Shown: one piece after another, positions 29,650 through 38,223 of the stretch
How the letters are laid out: the number at the start of each line of letters is the position of its first letter
Position numbering within the stretch: position 1 is the first letter of the stretch
Assembly: GCA_021792255.1 (NCBI GenBank)
Contig: JAJYUZ010000001.1
Span: 224,001 to 288,000 of the forward strand
Length of the DNA stretch: 64,000 nucleotides
Direction: 5' to 3'
Source: Thermoplasmata archaeon
GTDB lineage: Archaea > Thermoplasmatota > Thermoplasmata > Thermoplasmatales > GCA-001856825
Notes under the pieces: generated by a model
The model's input: only the letters and a program-made list of their open reading frames with translations
Databases searched by the model: none
What the model was told of the DNA's origin: nothing
Made by a program: the position numbers and the translations under genes

Positions 29650-30382
29650 CTAGTACCTCGCTAAGCACTCTTCTCTTCCTTCTACTAAGCTCTAGTACGG
29701 TCGAATCTATTCTTGCAGTACCAGAGTCTTCGTTGAATTTCTTTAATTTCAGTATCTCTTTACCATCAGGGTCCACCACCCTACTGCCTCCCCAAAATAC
29801 CTGGTTTCGTTGGAGGCCGGCAATGTTCACATAAACTAGATACGATTGATACCCGACTGCCTTGGCTGGGAAGACCTTCTCAAAAAACGGATAGGAAGTA
29901 AAGGGAGAAGCAGATATGTTGATTAGTGCATCAATACCCTTTTCTGTCGAATCTTCGAAGAACAGATCGTAACAGATTTCAATTCCTAACTTGAATCCAT
30001 TGAATTCGACGGTAAGGGGTCTGTCTCCCCTCCTAAAATATCTCATCTCCTCGAATGGTCCAAAGTTTGGTAAGTGTTTCTTTTTGTAATAGTCGACGGA
30101 ATCCTTCACGACTACAACAGCAGAGTTGTAAAGGAATCTGTCTCTGAGAGGAGCACCGAAAATAACCATTCTTTCTCCGATTCTGTCCTGAACGTCTTGA
30201 ACGAACTCTCGACTCAAGGAGAATAAGTTCACATTGTCTCTGATAAGATATCCCGAATAGAACATCTCTGGAAATATCACAAGGTCAAAATCTTCATTTA
30301 GAGTCTGCTTAATGAGCCTTTCATTTGTCTCTTTGCCCTTGACTGGATTTAACTGCTTGAGAAGGACATCCAAAATCGCCAT
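29633..30382 (-). CDS. carbon-nitrogen hydrolase (nitrilase superfamily)
   Basis: E-K-C triad: FPEMF, YKKKHLP, EICYD. Confidence 0.9.
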   Translation of the reverse strand: MAILDVLLKQLNPVKGKETNERLIKQTLNEDFDLVIFPEMFYSGYLIRDNVNLFSLSREFVQDVQDRIGERMVIFGAPLRDRFLYNSAVVVVKDSVDYYKKKHLPNFGPFEEMRYFRRGDRPLTVEFNGFKLGIEICYDLFFEDSTEKGIDALINISASPFTSYPFFEKVFPAKAVGYQSYLVYVNIAGLQRNQVFWGGSRVVDPDGKEILKLKKFNEDSGTARIDSTVLELSRRKRRVLSEVLDDSAK

Positions 30383-30479
30383 TTTAGATTGTAATGAGTT
30401 CTGTTGATATGTATTTTCCTTTTGCTAGTTTCCAGAAAATCCAGAGCGAACGATATGAGAAGAGTAAAAATAAAAATAA

Positions 30480-31241
30480 TTATAGAGGTCTTGAGACCTC
30501 TGTTTCCACTGGATCGACTTCAATATTTATAGTGAGAACCTGTTCTGTTAGCTCTTCAGCAAGAGTCTCCTCTACAATCCTGTTGAAGTAGTCATTGTAC
30601 TTGCCATATAGGGTGTCGTAGAGCTTTAGTTGACTCACTATGATCGCCTCCATGTCTTCCTTGATTCTCATGTTTATTTCTCCTATCGATTCGAATTCGT
30701 TGTTGTCATAAACCTCAACGTGATCCGTCTCTTTCCTTATCTGAGCAAGCGCCCTGTCCGCGACTTCCTTTCTGTTGTCTTCAAATTCAAAAGGTCTCAC
30801 TGCAAATACCTTGAATGGGGTATTTTCACGCTTTAACAGTTTCACCATTTCGACTGCGCCTCCCGATCCTGTACCGCCTCCAAGAGTCGTGACTACGAGT
30901 ACCAAGTCAGTCCTTCGGAGAACCTGAACATCGATGAATGCGGAGTCTTCTTTGAAAGCTTTCTTTGCGACCTCCACATAACCACCAGAATCTCTGTTGT
31001 CCAGGACATATTCTGTCCCGATATTCATCGAGATGACATCGCTTCTCTTCGCGTTTGAAAGTGCGTCAGTATTAAGGCAGAACAAATTTACTTCCTTTCT
31101 CTTCTTGTTGAGCTCGGAAACTATATTGCAGCCCCCACCACCTATGCCTATGCATACGACGGAAGGTTCTAGGAATTTTTTACCACTTTTAAGACCGTTC
31201 GTCACTTTGTTTATTAAGTTAGCCCTATTCTTATCTATCAC
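30480..31241 (-). CDS. divergent FtsZ/tubulin-family protein, GTP-binding domain only (~253 aa)
   Basis: GIGGGGCN, NTD, LGGGTGSG signature, PFEFE, DNN; no T7 loop or C-terminal domain. GTG start at 31241 with GGGGTGA SD, overlapping the upstream RHH gene end. Confidence 0.85.
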   Translation of the reverse strand: MIDKNRANLINKVTNGLKSGKKFLEPSVVCIGIGGGGCNIVSELNKKRKEVNLFCLNTDALSNAKRSDVISMNIGTEYVLDNRDSGGYVEVAKKAFKEDSAFIDVQVLRRTDLVLVVTTLGGGTGSGGAVEMVKLLKRENTPFKVFAVRPFEFEDNRKEVADRALAQIRKETDHVEVYDNNEFESIGEINMRIKEDMEAIIVSQLKLYDTLYGKYNDYFNRIVEETLAEELTEQVLTINIEVDPVETEVSRPL

Positions 31242-31650
31242 TTTTTTCACCCCTCTGTCTCTCTTCTCTCTTCTCTTCGAAGGGAAGATCCTCAAAATTC
31301 AAAAGGTTCCTATCGTCAAGATACCCCCTGACTAGTTTGTTTAGCCACATTGGCAAAAAGTGTTCTTCATTGACTTTCCTTATGATGAACTCTATTGCAT
31401 CGTACCTGTCGGTGAAGAGACCCTTCATTACCATTTGATCCAGAGTATTCTGAGTTGCTTTGGAAAGCCTCACTTCAGTGTCTTCGACCGAGCGTTGCGT
31501 TTGAGGATGCTGTATGTAAGCATAGACGGCTGCACGTATGAGTTCCGATTTTGTCTTGAATCTGAGTGAAGTGCTAAGAAAGTCGTTTATTTCGTCGTCT
31601 TCTTGTGGCGTAAGACGAAGTGCAATTCTCCGGGTACTATTAGAATCCAC
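31231..31650 (-). CDS. tandem ribbon-helix-helix DNA-binding protein (CdrS-like position)
   Basis: RRIALRLT...FKTKSELIRAAV and TEVRLS...GLFTDRYDAIEFII give two RHH units; translationally coupled to the FtsZ-like gene. Confidence 0.75.
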   Translation of the reverse strand: MDSNSTRRIALRLTPQEDDEINDFLSTSLRFKTKSELIRAAVYAYIQHPQTQRSVEDTEVRLSKATQNTLDQMVMKGLFTDRYDAIEFIIRKVNEEHFLPMWLNKLVRGYLDDRNLLNFEDLPFEEKREERQRGEKSDR

Positions 31651-31795
31651 TTGGAACCAATCCTCTTGAAATAGTTATAGAGTTAACCCTATATAAATAT
31701 TTCTAATCATGGCATACAGTTAATTTAGTAGTTACCTAAAATAAATATTTTTAAAAATTAATCTTTTTGACGTTGTCTACACAATATTTTGGACA

Positions 31796-31891
31796 TTTGT
31801 CATGAAAACATGTCTGCAGTTGTTCGACGCGCTCTCTATGATTTGTCATACATTCTCGTCATAATCGAATGACAAAGTTCGCCGTTTGTCA
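31796..31891. promoter_or_regulatory. cluster of TTTGTCA(T) boxes, candidate RHH operator array
   Basis: TTTGTCAT at 31796 and 31842, inverted copy ATGACAAA at 31869, TTTGTCA at 31885, plus degenerate copies. Confidence 0.5.
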
Positions 31892-31963
31892 AAAGTTGTT
31901 ACCCGTTTGGCTTATGAAATTTATTCTTGTAAAAATTCTTAAAGCAGGTCTCCATTTCTCAAC

Positions 31964-32581
31964 GTGGATGAACAGAGCTATTCAGAGCTTCTAAGGAAGG
32001 TTAAATCTTCAGTCCAGAAGAGGGAAGAAAAGAAAAGATTTCAGAGCCCTAAACCAGAGATAATTACTGAGGGTAAGCTCACGATCATAAAGAATTTCAA
32101 GGACATAGTAGACGTAATCAATAGGGACGAATCTCACGTATTCAAGTATCTAATCAAGCAATTTGGATTATCGGGTGATGTCGCCGATGGACGACTAATT
32201 TTCAAGGGCAAGCCACCTGAGGGGAGCATAGAGAAGGCGATCCAAGAGTACCTCAGGATCTACGTTCAGTGTTATGAGTGTGGGAACTATGACACCGAAA
32301 TGATTAGAGAGAATAGAAATGAAGTTATAAGGTGCAAAGCCTGCGGAGCTGAAAGACCTCTTTATGCTCACAAAGAAATAAGGTATTCTGAAGAAAAAAT
32401 AGAGGAAGGCAAGACGTACGAGCTTGAGGTCACTGATTTGAACAGGGATGGCGATGGAATTTCAAAAAAAGGAGATATCACCGTAATTATCCCAGGTGCC
32501 AAGAAGGGGCAAAAAGCAAATATCAGAATAGATAGAATTCGTAAGAATTACGCTCTTGGCATCTTGGTGAAAAAGAGTTGA
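31964..32581 (+). CDS. eif2b: translation initiation factor 2 subunit beta with C-terminal TRAM domain
   Basis: Y.ELL, RF..P, G..TII.NF, zinc ribbon CYECG..DT..CKACGA, TRAM domain (GDG, IPGA..G). Confidence 0.93.
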   Translation: MDEQSYSELLRKVKSSVQKREEKKRFQSPKPEIITEGKLTIIKNFKDIVDVINRDESHVFKYLIKQFGLSGDVADGRLIFKGKPPEGSIEKAIQEYLRIYVQCYECGNYDTEMIRENRNEVIRCKACGAERPLYAHKEIRYSEEKIEEGKTYELEVTDLNRDGDGISKKGDITVIIPGAKKGQKANIRIDRIRKNYALGILVKKS

Positions 32582-32910
32582 TTATCCTAGATACAAACGT
32601 CCTAATTTACGCAATCAAAACGAAAATAGATCTGACCAAATTTATTGACGAGGAAATCGCAGTACCAACGTCCGCGATCAAAGAACTCGAGAAGTTATCC
32701 AAGAAAAATGCAGATGCAAAGTTGGCTTTGAAACTTGCCGAAAAATATAGGACAATCAAGGTCGAGTCTATAGGTGATGATGGAATAATAGAAGCTGCCG
32801 TAAAGTACGGTGGAAATGTCCTAACCAACGACAGGATACTCCAGAAGAGTCTGAAGGGAAAGAATATTAGAGTCACTGCAGTGACAAAGGGAATGGTCAG
32901 AAAATTATGA
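32578..32910 (+). CDS. PIN domain protein (Fcf1/Utp24-like)
   Basis: ILDTN, ELEKL, DD.II, TND acidic tetrad. Confidence 0.8.
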   Translation: MIILDTNVLIYAIKTKIDLTKFIDEEIAVPTSAIKELEKLSKKNADAKLALKLAEKYRTIKVESIGDDGIIEAAVKYGGNVLTNDRILQKSLKGKNIRVTAVTKGMVRKL

Positions 32911-33563
32911 AGCCCGTGCTTCTAGACTTCCTCAAGAGCATAGCGCTCAATCATAAGGGGGGTAAGATGATTCTAAACACCTCGGAACTAGCCAAGGATC
33001 TCAATATTTCACAGCAATCCGTCTCGAGATATCTGATTTTGCTGGAGAAGGATGGTTACCTAGTAAGAAGAAGAATTGGAACTGGCGAAGAAGTCACAAT
33101 GACCCAAAAGACATACGATGAACTTAAGGGTCAGATGAACACGATCCAATATATTCTTGGCTCATCGAAGGACGTATTCGTCGAGGGAACGCTTTTCACA
33201 GGATTGGGAGAAGGTTCTTACTATATTTCGCGCGATGGCTATGTAAACAAGATAAAAGAATTCCTCAAATTCGTGCCATTTCCTGGCACCATGAATTTGA
33301 GGCTCACAGACGACTATTCTAGCTTCAATTCGATCATCAACAAGATTTCTGGATTTGACGTCGAACCGTTTGAGCAGGATGGAAGAAAATTCGGCGCGAT
33401 ACGACTCCTTAAAGCCACGATGTTTGGGAACAAAGTGGGTATCGTACTTCCCGAGAGGACGCACTATGAAAGGGTCCTTGAAATTATTTCACCCGACAAT
33501 CTGAGAGACAAGTTTGGACTTAAGGACGGAGACAAAGTTAGCCTGACCATCCATAAAGAGTGA
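32907..33563 (+). CDS. ribK: CTP-dependent riboflavin kinase with N-terminal winged HTH (RbkR-like)
   Basis: HTH ISQQSVSR..LE.DG, kinase GLGEG.YY, PFPGTMN, PERTHY, LEIISP..LR. Confidence 0.9.
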   Translation: MKPVLLDFLKSIALNHKGGKMILNTSELAKDLNISQQSVSRYLILLEKDGYLVRRRIGTGEEVTMTQKTYDELKGQMNTIQYILGSSKDVFVEGTLFTGLGEGSYYISRDGYVNKIKEFLKFVPFPGTMNLRLTDDYSSFNSIINKISGFDVEPFEQDGRKFGAIRLLKATMFGNKVGIVLPERTHYERVLEIISPDNLRDKFGLKDGDKVSLTIHKE

Positions 33564-33578
33564 CGGAATAATACAGAC

Positions 33579-34049
33579 CTACAGAATGCTGTCGCTTATT
33601 TCGTCCGTTTCCATCTCTCTCTCGCAGTAGTGGCATTTAAATGATAATGGATTCTTGGAAATGAGCGTGAAGGAAGGTTTTACGCTCCCCTCCATGTTGG
33701 AGATGCATCTGCCGTTACTGCACTTGAGTATTCCCGTAATAATGTCGGGAAGTTTGACCGTAAATTTCTTGATTGCTTCGTAGTCCTCTACGATCGTTAT
33801 CGTAGCCCCTTCTGCGATTAGTGCTATTTTGTTTAATTCTGAAGAGTCCAGGATCCTTTCCTCGATCTTGATCACGTCCTTGAGTCCCATTTTTTTGCTC
33901 TTTACGTGAATGGCTATACTTACTGTGATCCCGGGATCGCTGGAAATCTTTAGTATCTTCAGAACCTGGAAAGCTCTTCCCACCGGAATGTGATCTATGA
34001 CCGTCCCTCTCCTTATCTTTTCTACCTTCAACATTTTTTCTTCTGTCAT
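33579..34049 (-). CDS. pyrI: aspartate carbamoyltransferase regulatory chain
   Basis: GTVIDHIP, KDVIKIE, Zn site C.N..CIS...CHYC. Confidence 0.96.
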   Translation of the reverse strand: MTEEKMLKVEKIRRGTVIDHIPVGRAFQVLKILKISSDPGITVSIAIHVKSKKMGLKDVIKIEERILDSSELNKIALIAEGATITIVEDYEAIKKFTVKLPDIITGILKCSNGRCISNMEGSVKPSFTLISKNPLSFKCHYCEREMETDEISDSIL

Positions 34050-34973
34050 CTAATCACCCCTTAATATCAGGTCCAGAATAGCCATTCTTACAGGTACTCC
34101 GTAGGATGCTTGCTTGAAGTATTTGGCCTGTGGAAGGTTGTCGACTTCTGACGGAATCTCGTCGACCCTTGGCAGGGGATGCATAACGATCAGATTCTTC
34201 CTTCCCCTCGATAGGAGAGAAGGCCTTATGACATAGATTCCGGCAACTTTCTTGTATTCTTCCAGATCCGGGAATCTCTCCTTTTGGATTCTCGTAACGT
34301 AAAGAACGTCTATGTCTTCAATCACCTCATCTAGGTTCTTTGTTTCCTTGACTGGTACCCTCTTCTCAATATCCTTCTTGATGTGTTTAGGAATTTTCAG
34401 TTCTTCCGGGGAGATAAAGTAGAGAGAGATATCGAACAAGGAGAGGGCTTTGCTGAGAGAGTGAACAGTTCTTCCATATTTTAAGTCGCCAACAAAACCA
34501 ATACCCTTGCCGCTTACGGGTCCCGATTCTTTCCATATTGTAAAAATATCCAAGATAGTCTGTGTTGGATGCTGCCCAGCACCATCTCCGGCATTTATCA
34601 CCGGCACGTCCGCAAACTCTGAGGCCAATCTTGCAGCCCCCTCAGAAGGGTGGCGAAGGACTATTGCATCTGAATAACCATTGACTATCCTGATTGTGTC
34701 CGAGAGCGTTTCACCCTTAGAGACAGAAGTACCCTCAAGAGCGCCAAATCCTAGAACTCTTGCCCCGAGTCTCATCGCAGCTGCTTCGAAGCTCAGTCTA
34801 GTCCTGGTACTCGGTTCGTAGAATAGGGTGGCAACGATTTTGTCCGAAAGCGGTTTCTCGGGATGGCCTGAGCTTGAGTATGGCAACATCTTATTCGCTC
34901 TGTCAATGACCTCCATAATCTCTTCAACATTTAGATCGCTAATAGAAACGATGTCTCGGTTAAGCCACATCAA
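34050..34973 (-). CDS. pyrB: aspartate carbamoyltransferase catalytic chain
   Basis: FYEPSTRTRLSF, NAGDG..QHPTQ, GDLKYGRTVHS, TRIQKER, MHPLPR. Confidence 0.98.
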   Translation of the reverse strand: MMWLNRDIVSISDLNVEEIMEVIDRANKMLPYSSSGHPEKPLSDKIVATLFYEPSTRTRLSFEAAAMRLGARVLGFGALEGTSVSKGETLSDTIRIVNGYSDAIVLRHPSEGAARLASEFADVPVINAGDGAGQHPTQTILDIFTIWKESGPVSGKGIGFVGDLKYGRTVHSLSKALSLFDISLYFISPEELKIPKHIKKDIEKRVPVKETKNLDEVIEDIDVLYVTRIQKERFPDLEEYKKVAGIYVIRPSLLSRGRKNLIVMHPLPRVDEIPSEVDNLPQAKYFKQASYGVPVRMAILDLILRGD

Positions 34974-35023
34974 TTATTGAACAACGCGCGTAATAAATAT
35001 TTATCCTTGATGCATTCAGGCCC

Positions 35024-35827
35024 ATGCGACAAATTATACTTCATGGAGGAGTCGGAAGTAGTAGCGATCTAAGTGCGCTTCTCGATAAATACGCATCATA
35101 TTCTATCAACTATGAGGATCCATTGGACGCGGTCGTGGCGGCAGTAAAGTACATGGAAGACGACCTAAATTTTAATGCAGGAACGGGATCAACAATGAGG
35201 TTGGACGGGAGTATTCAGATGGATGCTGCGGTCATGATCGATGGCAATTTCGGGTCCGTCATAAACATTGAATACGTTAAGAATCCGGTGCAGGTTGCAA
35301 GAGAGGTCATGGAGGGTACACCTCACGTTATTCTTTGTAGCGATGGAGCTACCAAATTTGCAAGAGAGAAAGGTCACCCACAATATGATCCTTCGACGGA
35401 TAAAGCTAAGAAAAGGTTGGAAGACGCAAGAAAGGTTGCGACTAAGGATCCCAGATTTTTCTATTCGAGTCCACTGTCTGTAGACACGGTGGGAGCAGTA
35501 GCAAACTTTGAAGGAAAGATAGCGGCAGCACTATCTACCGGAGGATCTAGTCCGATGATGAGAGGGAGGGTTGGCGACACACCAATTCCGGGTTCGGGCA
35601 TATTCGTGAAGGATGGATTTGGAATCGTCGCGACGGGAATCGGAGAGGAAATAATCAGGAGACAACTTTCATTTGCTCTATACTGTAAGAAAGAGAGGTT
35701 GGAAGACGAATGGAAGATCGTCGCTGCAAATTCTGAATTCTCATTAGGAGTTGTGGGGTTCAATGGTCAAAAACCATTCGTCCTTGCAAATAGATCAATG
35801 GCCCACGGCTTTGCGACGGTGGAGTAG
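35024..35827 (+). CDS. isoaspartyl peptidase/L-asparaginase (Ntn hydrolase)
   Basis: HGGVG, FNAGTG, QMDAA, DTVGAV (Thr nucleophile), STGG, GRVGDTP, TGIGE. Confidence 0.9.
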   Translation: MRQIILHGGVGSSSDLSALLDKYASYSINYEDPLDAVVAAVKYMEDDLNFNAGTGSTMRLDGSIQMDAAVMIDGNFGSVINIEYVKNPVQVAREVMEGTPHVILCSDGATKFAREKGHPQYDPSTDKAKKRLEDARKVATKDPRFFYSSPLSVDTVGAVANFEGKIAAALSTGGSSPMMRGRVGDTPIPGSGIFVKDGFGIVATGIGEEIIRRQLSFALYCKKERLEDEWKIVAANSEFSLGVVGFNGQKPFVLANRSMAHGFATVE

Positions 35828-36173
35828 CGCTACGGGAGAGAGTCGGTGATTACCGAAGCCATTTGTCGTCAAGTTACCAGGATTAGACCATAACAAGTGT
35901 GGCCTCTGTCCATTCTAGATCTGGAAATTACCTCTCGCCCCAGACTTGTCTTCTCCAATTTGGAGAAGTAAATTCTTTTTTAATCCCATAGATTGCTTCG
36001 GCAATTTGAACTATATCTTTGCACAAGAAAGAACTCATCAGGGCAACTTCCGATGACAGCCGACATGCATCAAGGAGTAAAAATCACTACCACACAACAG
36101 GGGAATGCGGCAAAATCGTCTGGGAAGTGGGAATATCTAAATATCGAAATAATTTGTCAAATTGGTAGTTAGC

Positions 36174-37166
36174 ATGCCAGATGATGAAACTTATCAAGAT
36201 ACGGATGCTGAGTTAATAGAAGTTCTAAAGGGCTTGAAGACGAGCATTAAGATTTTTGGCTGCGGCGGATCAGGATCAAATACAATTACCCGAATTATGG
36301 AAGAAGGTATACAGGGGGCAGATGTAATTGCGGCAAACACTGATGCCCAGCATCTTCTCTTGACCCAAGCCTCAAGGAAGATTCTGCTTGGGAGGAGGAC
36401 TACCAGAGGGTTAGGTGCAGGTGCCCTTCCACAGATAGGAGAAATGTCAGCAAGAGAGGCTGAAATAGACATCAACGAGGTCGTAGAGGGTTCGGACATA
36501 GTTTTTGTGACTGCTGGAATGGGAGGAGGGACAGGAACTGGATCAGCTCCCGTCGTTGCTGAATTGGCCAAGAACGCTGGTGCACTCGTTGTTTCGGTTG
36601 TGACCACGCCTTTCAAATCGGAAGGTGCGATGAGAAAGGAGAATGCGCTGTGGGGTCTGGAGAAACTGAAAGAGAAATCAGACACGATAGTGATCATTCC
36701 AAACGACAAACTCCTGGAAATAGTTCCTAGATTGCCTCTAAACGAAGCGTTCAGATTCGCAGACGAAATTTTGATGAAATCCATAAAGGGACTGACTGAA
36801 CTCGTCACGAAACCCGGACTCGTAAATCTGGATTTTAACGACTTGAAGACCGTCATGAAAGATGGCGGAACAGCAATGATAGGAATGGGACAGTCGGGTT
36901 CTCAGGATAGGGCACTTGAGGCGGCCAAGAAAGCGCTGACTTCTCCGCTCCTAGACCTAGAAGTCTCCACTGCTACTTCTGCCATAGTTTCGGTCACTGG
37001 AAGTTCAAATATGTCGGTAGAGGAAGCTCACACAATCCTGGATGAGATCAAGAAGAAGATAAACCCGAATGCGAGGATAATATGGGGAGCCAGAATAGAC
37101 GAGACTATGAAAAATGATATAAAGGTATTAGCCATACTGGTGGGAGCCAAAAACAAGTACGTTTAG
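36174..37166 (+). CDS. ftsZ: cell division protein FtsZ (FtsZ1 type), lacking C-terminal tail
   Basis: GCGGSGSN, NTDAQHL, GLGAG, GMGGGTGTG, PFKSEG, T7 loop LVNLDFNDL, IIWGA; upstream of secE-spt5. Confidence 0.96.
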   Translation: MPDDETYQDTDAELIEVLKGLKTSIKIFGCGGSGSNTITRIMEEGIQGADVIAANTDAQHLLLTQASRKILLGRRTTRGLGAGALPQIGEMSAREAEIDINEVVEGSDIVFVTAGMGGGTGTGSAPVVAELAKNAGALVVSVVTTPFKSEGAMRKENALWGLEKLKEKSDTIVIIPNDKLLEIVPRLPLNEAFRFADEILMKSIKGLTELVTKPGLVNLDFNDLKTVMKDGGTAMIGMGQSGSQDRALEAAKKALTSPLLDLEVSTATSAIVSVTGSSNMSVEEAHTILDEIKKKINPNARIIWGARIDETMKNDIKVLAILVGAKNKYV

Positions 37167-37178
37167 AGGTAGCCCCAT

Positions 37179-37403
37179 ATGGTTGACATGGATGATAGGA
37201 TTGAAGGCATAGAGGACTCTATTACTGATCGAGTCAAGAGAATCGGGAGAGGAAAGTATTCAAGAATACTTAAAATGGCCAAGAAACCTACGAGAGATGA
37301 GTTCGGAAGGTCGTCACTGATTACCGGTGTCGGAATCATCATTATAGGTGGAGCTGGCTTCATAATATATCTTCTGATGAACGTTATATTCAAGGTGCCG
37401 TGA
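37179..37403 (+). CDS. secE: protein translocase subunit SecE/Sec61-gamma
   Basis: RILKMAKKPTRDEF followed by one TM with G..GFII; conserved position. Confidence 0.92.
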   Translation: MVDMDDRIEGIEDSITDRVKRIGRGKYSRILKMAKKPTRDEFGRSSLITGVGIIIIGGAGFIIYLLMNVIFKVP

Positions 37404-37404
37404 A

Positions 37405-38220
37405 ATGGTAAAATGGACTATTGACGGCAAAGATTCTGAAGTGGGAACAAACAAGAAGGTCCTCTTCAATCTTGTCATTGAAAATGACGAATCAAGCGAA
37501 AAAGAGGGAGTCTTTGAACTGACTCTGGATATTCACGAGCAAAAGGAAGAAATTGAGTGGTTTCTGATCGAGGAGCAAAAGAGAGGTAAACAGATCGCAA
37601 TATCTCCCAAGAACCAGGATGTGTTGAAGGTACAATACAAGCTTAAACCCAAGGCATCCACAATTCATCCGCTATCGGTGGAAACCCCGAAGGGTGGAGA
37701 GATAGGAGATTATGTCACAGTAGTTCTGAAATCGGATGGAGTTCCCAGCAATTTATTTTCAATCAAGGTAAAACAGACTATCATAGTAGTCAAGACCACC
37801 ATCGGTCAAGAGGTAAAGATTGCACGGGACATAGGAATGAAAGCGAAGATCGAAAACCAGGACTATCTATTTTCTATTCTAGTTCCTCCGGAGGTCAAGG
37901 GATACATTTTCATAGAGACTCTGTACCCTGACAGGACGATGGGCCTGCTCAGAACAGTAAGAGGTGCAAGGAACATGATAGCAGGTGAAGTTCAGCTTTC
38001 AGAAATACAGGATTATTTGGTCTCAAAACCAGCAGTCGATTCACTGGGAGTTGGGAATTTTGTGGAAGTCACTGAAGGTCCATTCAAGGGTGAAAAGGCC
38101 AGGATTACCCACGTTGATGCTCAAAAAGACGAGATCACGCTCGAACTACAGAACGCGATCGTACCCATACCGCTGACCGTCAAGGCGGATTCAGTCAAAT
38201 TATTGGAAAAAGAGGTCTAA
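37405..38220 (+). CDS. spt5: transcription elongation factor Spt5/NusG with ~120-aa N-terminal extra domain
   Basis: NGN domain VKTTIGQE..GYIFIE, KOW domain VEVTEGPFKGEKARI. Confidence 0.92.
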   Translation: MVKWTIDGKDSEVGTNKKVLFNLVIENDESSEKEGVFELTLDIHEQKEEIEWFLIEEQKRGKQIAISPKNQDVLKVQYKLKPKASTIHPLSVETPKGGEIGDYVTVVLKSDGVPSNLFSIKVKQTIIVVKTTIGQEVKIARDIGMKAKIENQDYLFSILVPPEVKGYIFIETLYPDRTMGLLRTVRGARNMIAGEVQLSEIQDYLVSKPAVDSLGVGNFVEVTEGPFKGEKARITHVDAQKDEITLELQNAIVPIPLTVKADSVKLLEKEV

Positions 38221-38223
38221 AAT

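Noticed and set aside
31645-31675. Two ORB-like boxes (TCCACTTGGAAC, TCCTCTTGAAAT) beside an AT-rich tract, suggesting a replication origin
   Set aside because: No G-string, no inverted ORB pair, no orc1/cdc6 in the window, and the first box overlaps the RHH start codon
36194-36856. 220-aa antisense ORF over ftsZ (and similar shadow ORFs, e.g. 25185-25772, 38666-39199, 48067-48531)
   Set aside because: Antisense shadows of well-supported genes with no independent features
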